A stretch of 64,000 nucleotides of DNA from Methanomassiliicoccales archaeon (GTDB taxonomy: Archaea; Thermoplasmatota; Thermoplasmata; Methanomassiliicoccales; JACIVX01): contig JBEKKT010000001.1 of NCBI GenBank assembly GCA_050010535.1, positions 1,372 to 65,371 of the forward strand. The letters run 5' to 3'. Each line of letters begins with the position of its first letter. Within the stretch, counting starts at the first letter, position 1. The notes under the pieces were generated by a model, which was not told where the DNA came from, searched no databases, and was given only the letters and a program-made list of their open reading frames with translations. The position numbers and the translations under genes are program-made. Of this stretch, positions 37,651 to 46,208 are shown one piece after another.

Positions 37651-38661
37651 TCACACGAACTCCCAATCCCCTGATTCGGCCTGCGCTCTCTCGCTGACAT
37701 GCCTACCATTCGGGCCGCTCGACTTCGAGGCTCTAGAAACCAGTCCTTGAGAGGATCCGCTGTTCCTCCTGTGGACGGTCTTCTCGACTCTCTTCTGCTG
37801 CTGCGTCATCGCATGAGCACGCTGCTCAATTTGCCTCCTCTCCCGCGGAGTGAGAGAACGCCCTGTCTCGTGCTGGTCAATCATCCTGCGGGCCGATCTG
37901 AGCGGCCTGAGCTCTTCTTCCTCCGCATCCGCGTTTGCTCCGAGAGATCTCATCTCACCGAAGTTCGCTTGTCTAGCCTGAGCGTTCCTGGCCGAGGATC
38001 GGGGGAAGAGTGACCAGGAGGGACGAGGGGAGACTTTTTCTCGCGAAGAAGTGTTGCCTTCCACCATGACGGTCGTGTTCGGACTGCCATGGTGAGAAAC
38101 ATATTCCAATTCCCTCCTGGTCTGGTCGGAAAGAATTCCGCCAATGTATGCGAAGGCAACCGTGATCAAGTAGCTGTCCAGCCTCAGGGAGGCCGTGGAC
38201 TGCATAAGCGATACGAATTCATTCAAATACGAAGCGGCGAAGTTCATATATGGGGCGATGATCGGTATCTGACCCGCTATCGAGCCAAAGATCGCGCCGG
38301 GGGCGATGTTGACCCCCAGTATCACTGTGGGGATGAGACCGATGCTTATCGCCCCCGTGATGGCGAATAGGATCGCAAGAGGGATGATCGATGCGATCAC
38401 ACCTCTCCAAGGCGTACCGGCCCGTCTGCCGCCGACGTATCCCGCGATCATCTGACCTATAATAGGTAGCCACCATAAGAGGAAAGAGAGGATTAATGTG
38501 TATTTGACCGCGCTCCAGAAGCTGTATGTTACCTTCTGCTTCTTGAATATCGTAGCCTCTTTGTCATCGTAGGTCTCGGCCAGGCGATAGACCTTCCTGT
38601 GCACGAGATCGTCGGTGACTTCGTCCTTGTCTCGAGGCTTTCTTCTGAATAGCACTCCCAT
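37651..38661 (-). CDS. Hypothetical membrane protein with charged C-terminal tail
   Basis: WLPIIGQMIAGYVGG..AG TM block; clean ORF. Confidence 0.7.
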   Translation of the reverse strand: MGVLFRRKPRDKDEVTDDLVHRKVYRLAETYDDKEATIFKKQKVTYSFWSAVKYTLILSFLLWWLPIIGQMIAGYVGGRRAGTPWRGVIASIIPLAILFAITGAISIGLIPTVILGVNIAPGAIFGSIAGQIPIIAPYMNFAASYLNEFVSLMQSTASLRLDSYLITVAFAYIGGILSDQTRRELEYVSHHGSPNTTVMVEGNTSSREKVSPRPSWSLFPRSSARNAQARQANFGEMRSLGANADAEEEELRPLRSARRMIDQHETGRSLTPRERRQIEQRAHAMTQQQKRVEKTVHRRNSGSSQGLVSRASKSSGPNGRHVSERAQAESGDWEFV

Positions 38662-38830
38662 CCCCTCAGTCGGACATACGTCCGACGAGAGCATACTATG
38701 ATGATTGTACTATTTATCTCTTTTGGAGGAGAGATGCACGTCGTGCCAGTATGCAAGTTAGTTCAAAATGGTCCATAGCGATTGGAAGATGGAAGAGGCA
38801 TCTTATACGGACTGACAGAATGTCCGACCT

Positions 38831-39196
38831 TTACCTTGGAATATAGTACCATAGCCCATAATCTCGAAGCGCCTTCCGCGTGCTCTCCGTGGTCACCCTT
38901 TCAGGTTTTGCCTTGTATCTAAGGACATCCTCCATAGAGTAACCCAGATATTTGGCGAGAGAGTGCAGCCTATCATACGGGAAGGCCTGCTTGCCCAGCA
39001 GTATCTGCCGAACACTCCATCCGGGATGCACCTTTGACCGATAGCCAAGCTCCCGACCTAGTTTGTTGATACTGCCGGCCTTCTCGATTCCCTTCTTAAT
39101 GAGCAGGACCCTGAAACCGGATTTCAGCCATACTCGGTCGTTCGGAAGGACATTCCTATGCAGAGCCAACCGAATATCCGAAGCGAACTCGGACAC
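38831..39196 (-). CDS. Hypothetical protein, possible HTH
   Basis: AGSINKLGRELGY HTH-like segment. Confidence 0.65.
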   Translation of the reverse strand: MSEFASDIRLALHRNVLPNDRVWLKSGFRVLLIKKGIEKAGSINKLGRELGYRSKVHPGWSVRQILLGKQAFPYDRLHSLAKYLGYSMEDVLRYKAKPERVTTESTRKALRDYGLWYYIPR

Positions 39197-39427
39197 GAAC
39201 TAGATTATTAGAACCCGGAATATTAATCCTTTCCTCGAATACGTCGACAAGCAAACATGTGAATTGTCGATTTCGCAGTCTGTCAACGTAGAAGCCACGG
39301 CATTGCTTTCCGAGAAGCACTCTGCTCGGCCGGATGATCGAGAAGGCTGGGTGTGGCTTCCTGCCACGTTCGCGCGACGCACCACAAAAGGTTTATATCC
39401 ACCACAAAGTAGCGATTCCGGCAAAAC

Positions 39428-39847
39428 ATGGAGACTTTTAGGAAGACCATCAGCGTCAAAACAACAAAGGAAGATGAAATGGTCGACATCACTGGGGAGC
39501 TTCGGGAAGCGATAAGAGCCTCCAGGATGTCCAACGGCCTGGCGTGCGTGTTTGTGCCGCACTCGACTGCTGCCCTGATTACTATCGAATACGAATCCGG
39601 TCTTCAGAGCGACATGAAGAAAGCCCTCAATCGCCTAATCCCGAAGGACATGGAATACGACCATCACCTCATGTGGGGCGACGGGAACGGTCACTCCCAT
39701 GTTCGATCATCCTTCCTGGGAGCATCGTTGACCGTTCCGTTCCATGACGGAACGGCCGATCTAGGGACGTGGCAGCAGGTCGTACTCGTCGAGCTGGACA
39801 TTAGGGGAAGAAGCAGGAATGTCGTCATCCAATTGATCGGGGAGTAG
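39428..39847 (+). CDS. YjbQ/UPF0047 family protein
   Basis: HSTAA, NGHSH, LGTWQ, ELD. Confidence 0.9.
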   Translation: METFRKTISVKTTKEDEMVDITGELREAIRASRMSNGLACVFVPHSTAALITIEYESGLQSDMKKALNRLIPKDMEYDHHLMWGDGNGHSHVRSSFLGASLTVPFHDGTADLGTWQQVVLVELDIRGRSRNVVIQLIGE

Positions 39848-39871
39848 TCAAGAGGACGGAGGTTGAGAACA

Positions 39872-41098
39872 ATGAAAATCAAGTTCCTAGGAGGAGCGGA
39901 CGTCGTCGGAAGAATGGGAATGCTCCTCTCCCACAAGAATGCGAATCTGATATTCGAATACGGCATGAGACCATCGAAGCCACCGGCTTACCCTATACCG
40001 AGTCCACCCGTAGACTACGCCTTCCTGACACACTGCCATCTCGATCACAGCGGTATGATGCCGTGGCTCTGCGGCAAATACGATACGGAGGTGGTGGCGA
40101 CACCTTCGACCATCAGCGTAACGCAGATTCTTCTGGAAGACAGCCTGAAGGTGGCTGATGCAGAGGGGTACCCTCGTCCGTTCGATCCTATGGATATCAG
40201 GACGTCGATGAAGAATTTCATTCCGATGGAGTTCGGTGAAACGATGGACGTCGCAGGATTCGAGGTGCAGTTGCACAGCGCTGGACACGTCCCTGGTGCA
40301 ACGATGTACGAGATAAGGGGGGAAGAGGTTACGCTTTTCACCGGGGACCTGCACACGCTGAACATGCAGCTCGTCTGGGGAGCGCACGCAGTGAAGTGCG
40401 ACAACCTCATCATCGAGGCGACTTACGCTGGCAGGCTTCACCCCAACCGCATGAAGACAGAGTATCAGTTGCTGCAGAAGATCAAGGAAGTTGTTGGGAG
40501 AGGAGGGAAAGTGATTATCCCTTGCTTCGCTGTCGGAAGGACCCAGGAAGTCATGCTGATCCTAAGAGACGCGAACTTTGACATGTGGGTTGATGGGATG
40601 GGCAAAACCGTAACGAGCCTGTATCTAGGACAGCCAGAGTATCTGAGGTCCGAGAAGAACTTGAAGAGAGCACGGAATCGCTTCAACGAGGTGCGGACGC
40701 CCGCGGCAAGGCAGAGGGCGAAAAGAGGAGAGGTCATCGTCACGACCGGCGGGATGCTCGACGGCGGACCGGTAATCAGCTATCTCCAGGAGCTGAAGGA
40801 CGATCCGAGAAACGCAGTCCTGCTGACGGGATACCAAGTGGAGGGCTCGAACGGCCGCATGCTCCTCGAAGAAGGTGCGATCAACATCCTGGGCGTGAAG
40901 GAGAAGATCAAATGCGAAGTGCAGCAATTCGATTTGTCAGCTCATGCGGACCACAACGAACTGCTAGACTTCATAAACGGATGCGATCCAGAGAAGATTG
41001 TTCTTTGCCACAGCGATAACAGAGAGGCGCTTGCGAAGGATCTCGAAGGATATCACAAGGTATTCCTTCCGAAGCCAGGCGAGGAATTCGAACTTTGA
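39872..41098 (+). CDS. Beta-CASP metallo-beta-lactamase ribonuclease
   Basis: THCHLDHSG, AGHVPG, FAVGRTQE, SAHAD. Confidence 0.9.
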   Translation: MKIKFLGGADVVGRMGMLLSHKNANLIFEYGMRPSKPPAYPIPSPPVDYAFLTHCHLDHSGMMPWLCGKYDTEVVATPSTISVTQILLEDSLKVADAEGYPRPFDPMDIRTSMKNFIPMEFGETMDVAGFEVQLHSAGHVPGATMYEIRGEEVTLFTGDLHTLNMQLVWGAHAVKCDNLIIEATYAGRLHPNRMKTEYQLLQKIKEVVGRGGKVIIPCFAVGRTQEVMLILRDANFDMWVDGMGKTVTSLYLGQPEYLRSEKNLKRARNRFNEVRTPAARQRAKRGEVIVTTGGMLDGGPVISYLQELKDDPRNAVLLTGYQVEGSNGRMLLEEGAINILGVKEKIKCEVQQFDLSAHADHNELLDFINGCDPEKIVLCHSDNREALAKDLEGYHKVFLPKPGEEFEL

Positions 41099-41123
41099 TC
41101 ACAGTTCGCTGCTTCTCTGAAGC

Positions 41124-41489
41124 TCAGGCCCAGAGACCGAACTTGCCCCGCATGTAAGTGTAAGCCGCTTCGCCCTTCTTCGTGTTGAAGGCAACGTGCC
41201 ACTGCCATTTCGGCTTTACATTGCTTTGGAGTGCGTTCGAGAGGGTGATTTCGGTCGTGTATATTCTGACGTCGGGAGTCTTGCTCTCGGTGCCAGAAAG
41301 GACGACATTCCCTTCACTGTCCATGACAATCGTGAAAGCCTCGTTCTCGGTCTTGAAGAGCCAGGTCTGTGGGAGGTACTTGCTCATGTAGCCACCGGTG
41401 TAGAACCTTCCTAGCTCAGTCTTCAGCCTCTTCATCATCTCCTCGCAGAATTTCTGAAAGAGACCGGTAAGAGAGGTCATTATTGCCAT
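41124..41489 (-). CDS. Hypothetical protein (SCP2-like fold possible)
   Basis: FTIVMDSEG..PDVRI pattern; start uncertain. Confidence 0.5.
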   Translation of the reverse strand: MAIMTSLTGLFQKFCEEMMKRLKTELGRFYTGGYMSKYLPQTWLFKTENEAFTIVMDSEGNVVLSGTESKTPDVRIYTTEITLSNALQSNVKPKWQWHVAFNTKKGEAAYTYMRGKFGLWA

Positions 41490-41647
41490 GTAACGCCAAG
41501 TGACCTTATTTCCTTTTTCAATGGCATGACGGCGGGCGTCGTCGGTATCGCTCAGCAATCACTCATGTCCTTGAGTGAGCGGACATACGATACCAGCATT
41601 CGAGAGAACTGCTTAAGTATGCCCCGCTCACATTACTGTCTGGAGGC

Positions 41648-41854
41648 TTGAGATTGGTCCAGAAAATCATTGACATCGTGGGTATTTCGAACGAAAGCTT
41701 CGCGAAGGCTGCACAAAACGCGGTCGACGTCGCATCGAAAAGCGTTCGCGGTATCAAGTGGGCTAGAGTGGGAGAGATGGAGTGCAAGGTTGAGGGCAGC
41801 AAGATAATCGAATACAGAGCCGCGCTCAGAGTATACTTCGACGTCGAGCGCTGA
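41648..41854 (+). CDS. Dodecin family protein
   Basis: KIIDIVG.S.ESF..A..NAV..AS.SVRGI.W. Confidence 0.85.
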   Translation: MRLVQKIIDIVGISNESFAKAAQNAVDVASKSVRGIKWARVGEMECKVEGSKIIEYRAALRVYFDVER

Positions 41855-41974
41855 GTCGTTCGAGAACGACAACTCGTGCACAGGTCTCGGGCATCCCTGA
41901 AAAATGCTAGCTGGCAGCGTCGGTATCTAGCCAGATAACAAATACTTTTATATTCACACAGCAGCATTTCACGC

Positions 41975-42817
41975 TTGATGACCAAGATGGAGGAGTACCT
42001 TCAAGAGGACGTGGGGTTCGGCGACATCACCAGCGATATCCTGATCAAGGATGAACTGGGAAACGCGCGGATAACCGCCAACGAGGAGGGGATTCTCGCA
42101 GGTCTCGAGGAGGCTAATGAGATCTTCAGCGAGCTCGGCGTGAAGACCTTCCCGATGACCAGAGACGGCGAAAAGGTATCGAAGGGAATGGATGTCCTCG
42201 TCGTCGAAGGACCTTTGAAGAAGATACTCCTGGGCGAGCGCCTCGCATTGAATTTTCTAATGAAGATGAGCGGGATCGCCTCGGCCACCAACGCTATTCT
42301 CAGAGAGTGTAGGAAGTTCAACCCCAACGTCAAGATCGCGGCAACGAGGAAGACGACGCCGGGCTTCAGGGTGTACGAGAAGAAGGCGGTCGTCATGGGA
42401 GGCGGGGATCCGCACAGGTACCGTCTGGACGACGCCATACTGATCAAAGACAACCACCTTAGGGTCATCGGTAGCATCACTCAGGCGGTATCGAAGGCGA
42501 AGAGCGTGTCTTTCACGAAGAAGATCGAGGTCGAGGTCGAGACGATTGAACAGGCGGTGGAGGCCGCTAAGGCAGGGGCCGACATCATCATGCTCGACAA
42601 CATGAGTCCTGAGAAGGTAGAGGTCGCTTCCCTCGCGGTCAAAAAACTGAACGACAGACTGCTTGTGGAAGTGTCTGGGGGTCTGACCCCGGAGAACGTT
42701 CATAAGTTCGCGAAACACGCGGACGTCCTGTCTCTCGGCTGGATCACTCACTCCGCCAAAGCGATAAGCTTCAACTTGGAGATCACTTCGATAAAGGCAG
42801 CGGAGACGGCAGAGTAG
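41975..42817 (+). CDS. nadC: Nicotinate-nucleotide pyrophosphorylase (carboxylating)
   Basis: TRKTTPG, HRYRLDD, IKDNH, MLDNM, SGG. Confidence 0.95.
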   Translation: MMTKMEEYLQEDVGFGDITSDILIKDELGNARITANEEGILAGLEEANEIFSELGVKTFPMTRDGEKVSKGMDVLVVEGPLKKILLGERLALNFLMKMSGIASATNAILRECRKFNPNVKIAATRKTTPGFRVYEKKAVVMGGGDPHRYRLDDAILIKDNHLRVIGSITQAVSKAKSVSFTKKIEVEVETIEQAVEAAKAGADIIMLDNMSPEKVEVASLAVKKLNDRLLVEVSGGLTPENVHKFAKHADVLSLGWITHSAKAISFNLEITSIKAAETAE

Positions 42818-42828
42818 CTCGGGGTCCC

Positions 42829-43656
42829 CTAGACGACGACCTTCGTTCTGTGGTATTTCATCCCAATACTCTCTGGCGCAGCTCCAAACGCAAGTGCCAG
42901 CAGCTCTGAGATGTACAGGACAGGAAGGCCCTCTTTTTGCTTGATGTCGAACTGAACGAAGCAGAAAGGACACGGGGTTAGGATTGAGTTCGCTTTCGCA
43001 CGCTTGAATTCCTTGATGGAGTCCTCGAACACACGCAACGAGATATCTTCACTGATCCCTGAGATGCCTCCGCCACAGCACTTCGGCCAGTCTTCGAAAT
43101 ATGCTACCTCTGAACCGACCCAATCGACGATATCTGAGAGGATATGAGGCGAGAAGTGGGAATCTATGCTCGTGACCACGCTCGGCCTCACGATATGGCA
43201 CCCCGAATGAACCGCCATTCTGAGATTCCCCTGAGGAGAGACGACGGTACAACGAACCCTACTCTCCATATCTTTAAGAATCCCGCACAGGTGATGTACG
43301 TCGACAGTTCCCTTGTATTCCATTCCTATCTCATCCAAAATGGAATTGACCCGGTCCCTTTCCTCCTTCGACTCCAGGACATGACGGGCCTCTTTCAAAG
43401 AAACGTAACATCCATTGCAGAGCGTCAAGATGTCCTTGCCGCCGTCCTCCGCGATTGACAACATTCGCGCGGCCGTCAGGAGCCAAGTATCCAAAGCGAG
43501 AGACCTCAGACCAATCGGTTCGACACAACATGTGGCGCAGGGAAGTATCTCATGACCTATTCCCAGTTTGTCCAGGATAAATAGAGAGGATCGCTCGAGG
43601 AACGGTAATCTAGTCGGAATGAGGCAGCCCCTGAAGAGGTAGAATTCATCGCTCAA
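42829..43656 (-). CDS. hdrB: Heterodisulfide reductase subunit B-like
   Basis: GC..CC..CNGC and HSGCH..CCGGG..CPFC CCG domains. Confidence 0.88.
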   Translation of the reverse strand: MSDEFYLFRGCLIPTRLPFLERSSLFILDKLGIGHEILPCATCCVEPIGLRSLALDTWLLTAARMLSIAEDGGKDILTLCNGCYVSLKEARHVLESKEERDRVNSILDEIGMEYKGTVDVHHLCGILKDMESRVRCTVVSPQGNLRMAVHSGCHIVRPSVVTSIDSHFSPHILSDIVDWVGSEVAYFEDWPKCCGGGISGISEDISLRVFEDSIKEFKRAKANSILTPCPFCFVQFDIKQKEGLPVLYISELLALAFGAAPESIGMKYHRTKVVV

Positions 43657-44125
43657 GCTTGACCCTCCCGAGCCTCGTCTTCTCAACAATGACCTTCAGA
43701 TCCTCAAGAGATGATCGGTCCACTTCAAAATCGTCAAGACCCATTTCCTTCCTGAGCTTCTTCGTCAACCCGGTCTTCGGAAACGACAAGCCCGTATCGA
43801 TGAAGAGCTTGGCCTCCTCAGCGAAACGGTCAGGACGATTGCCGGCCTCCGCCGCGAGGTTCCTTATGAGGGTAATCACTGTCGCTGGCTCGACGCCGAG
43901 TTGGCACCTCTCGGTGCAGCCCTGGCACATCATGCAAAGCCATACGGATGAATCCTTGGAAAGCTCGAGAGCGCCGATGGATGCCCGTTCGATGATCTCC
44001 CCGACACGGATCCCCCCGTGCTGAAAGCTGGGGCAGACTCCGGAGCATTGCCCACATTGATGACACTTCCACAGCTCCACCTCCGGAAGAATATTCCGGA
44101 GCGCGTCTGGAAATGACGGATCCAT
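43646..44125 (-). CDS. hdrC: Heterodisulfide reductase subunit C-like
   Basis: CHQCGQCSGVCP and WLCMMCQGCTERC. Confidence 0.85.
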   Translation of the reverse strand: MDPSFPDALRNILPEVELWKCHQCGQCSGVCPSFQHGGIRVGEIIERASIGALELSKDSSVWLCMMCQGCTERCQLGVEPATVITLIRNLAAEAGNRPDRFAEEAKLFIDTGLSFPKTGLTKKLRKEMGLDDFEVDRSSLEDLKVIVEKTRLGRVKLER

Positions 44126-44238
44126 CACCGAGACCTTCACAAGGGGAGCCGATAGCGCCCAGCGTTTATACCGTTTTCCTTTCAACGTTCGGTCGCCTGC
44201 GCAATGCTCAAAAGGGATAGGCTCGATAGACCTGGTCG

Positions 44239-44424
44239 ATGGAGATCGAGCAACAGAACTGTCAGTTCTGCGGGAAGCCCGCCAAGCAGTTCCTCTTTGC
44301 AGCATTCGTTTGCGACAATGAGGAATGCATAGAGAAAGCGAGGCTGGAGAGAGGAGGACCAGGCGGGCACATCAAGAGGAAACTCCAGGAGACGGGCGTC
44401 ATCTGGAGCCCCGACGAGAAGTGA
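44239..44424 (+). CDS. Small zinc-finger-like hypothetical protein
   Basis: CQFC..VC...EC, RGGPGGH; antisense to the hdr genes. Confidence 0.65.
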   Translation: MEIEQQNCQFCGKPAKQFLFAAFVCDNEECIEKARLERGGPGGHIKRKLQETGVIWSPDEK

Positions 44425-44429
44425 TCGTG

Positions 44430-44495
44430 GAGAGCGGCCATATCCACAATGCCGGCTGTGTTCGTGCCGCAGTAACAAAGGAAGACACCAATCAT
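44430..44495 (-). pseudogene. Relic of an HdrA N-terminal domain
   Basis: GGAGGT RBS then MIGVFLCYCGTNTAGIVD, matching VGVFVCRCGTNIASVVD inside the intact HdrA; similarity lost after about 22 codons. Confidence 0.7.
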
Positions 44496-44620
44496 CCGGA
44501 ACCTCCGGGGGACAGCGGCGGAATCGGGTTGTGGCTATTCAACATTGTGAGTCTACCATCGGTTGGCGCGTCAGACAGATATTAAAGAGCTTTCGGGAGA
44601 TAGTGACGGAAGGGCGGAAA

Positions 44621-45802
44621 TCACTGTGTGCCAGGATTCCCGGCATTGACCGAATCCTCTCCGGTCGTCTTCGGATTCCGAATACCGCTCGAAGCGAGAA
44701 CATGAATGTCGGATATCGGGTAGCTGCTTCTCGGGCTCGGGGACGAATGCTCATGCAACGCGCAGCTGAAATGAATCAGACACTTGGGGCATGCGGTGAC
44801 AAGTTCGTCCGCGCCAGTCGTCTGCGCCTCTTTCAGTCTATCGAGCTGCCACTCCTTTGTGGAGGCATCACAGTTTACCCAGCACGAAATCCCGCAACAC
44901 GCGCTCATCGAGCCTGACCTTGGCATCTCGATCAATCTGCCCATGTCCTTGAGGATGTCCCTGGGCTCCTGGATCATACCAGAGTGCCTGGACAATCTGC
45001 AAGGATCGTGGTACGTGAAGGTCTTGCCCGAATCGCAAAGGGATATCTCACAGTCCTTGACGGCTTTTCCGACAATCGCCGTGAGGGTTTTGACCTCAAA
45101 ACTCAGGGGACCGAGAAAGCGCGGGTACAGATCCTTCAGTGCAGTGTAGCACTCCGGACAGAATGTCACGACCTCATTCGCTCCGGTCGCTTCGATCGCC
45201 CTCACGTTCGCCTCGGCCAGCCTCCCGAAGGTGTCCTGATCTCCAAGCCAGTATGCATCGTGCCCGCAACACCTCTCGTGCTCGAGCAAACGGGGCCTTA
45301 TCCCGATGGAATTCAGCAGACGGACGGAGGATCTCGGGATCTCAAGAAGATCACTCCTTATGTGTTTGAAGACCACGTCGAAGTACGGCGTGCATCCGAC
45401 GAACAAGAGCGTCGAAGAATCCGGATCGATCCTCAGGTCCGGGGTTATCCAGTTGTTCATGCGGGGCTTGATGCGGCTGAACGATGACATATTCTGAATC
45501 ACCCGGAAGATGTCGCTATGGGTTGTCTCGGGAGGAATTGAGCGACTCAGGGAGGGGCGCACCTCTCTGACGAACTCGTGGAACTTCACGCCTGAGGTGC
45601 AGAGCTCCGTGCACATGCCACAGGTCATGCATTCCCACAGTCCCTTGTCACTCGCAAGATTCCCCGAACCAACGTACTCCTCGACAACCTTCCTCGGGGA
45701 AAACTCGCCAGCCTTGTGGGACACCGGACACCCCCAAGTGCACTTTCCGCAATTGATGCAGCTCGACACTCTGTACCTTGCCGCGCTCTCTTCAACCGTC
45801 AC
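44621..45802 (-). CDS. HdrD-like Fe-S oxidoreductase (HdrC plus HdrB domains)
   Basis: Two CxxCxxCxxxC clusters; CCG domains (CCG..CPEC; YHDPC..CCG..CPKC). Confidence 0.88.
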   Translation of the reverse strand: MTVEESAARYRVSSCINCGKCTWGCPVSHKAGEFSPRKVVEEYVGSGNLASDKGLWECMTCGMCTELCTSGVKFHEFVREVRPSLSRSIPPETTHSDIFRVIQNMSSFSRIKPRMNNWITPDLRIDPDSSTLLFVGCTPYFDVVFKHIRSDLLEIPRSSVRLLNSIGIRPRLLEHERCCGHDAYWLGDQDTFGRLAEANVRAIEATGANEVVTFCPECYTALKDLYPRFLGPLSFEVKTLTAIVGKAVKDCEISLCDSGKTFTYHDPCRLSRHSGMIQEPRDILKDMGRLIEMPRSGSMSACCGISCWVNCDASTKEWQLDRLKEAQTTGADELVTACPKCLIHFSCALHEHSSPSPRSSYPISDIHVLASSGIRNPKTTGEDSVNAGNPGTQ

Positions 45803-46208
45803 GGGAATCCCTCCTCAGCGGGCCGAGCTCACTGATCACAGCAACGAACTCATTTGCGATTCGTGCGAACCTTTCTCCCTCCGATGCAGAGACCCAGTCC
45901 AGCAGCAGCCTTCGATCATCGATGCCGAGGAGTTCGAGCAACTCCTTTGTACTATCGATCCTCTTCTGCGCCTCCTCGTTCCCCGCCAAGTAATGACAAT
46001 CCCCCATGTGACAGCCCAATACCATTACGCCGTCGGCGCCCTTCTCGTAGCACTTCAGTATCAGCGCCGGATCGACCCTTCCAGAGCACATGACTCTCAA
46101 GATACGTATGTCCGGCGAGTATTGTCTCCTCGATATGCCAGCGAGGTCCGCGCCGGCATAAGCGCACCAGTTGCAGCAGAACGCGACTATCCTCGGTTTC
46201 CAGCTCAT
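45792..46208 (-). CDS. mvhD: MvhD-type [2Fe-2S] subunit
   Basis: FCCNWCAYAGAD, MCSGRVD, GCHMGDCHY, WVSASEG. Confidence 0.95.
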   Translation of the reverse strand: MSWKPRIVAFCCNWCAYAGADLAGISRRQYSPDIRILRVMCSGRVDPALILKCYEKGADGVMVLGCHMGDCHYLAGNEEAQKRIDSTKELLELLGIDDRRLLLDWVSASEGERFARIANEFVAVISELGPLRRDSRDG

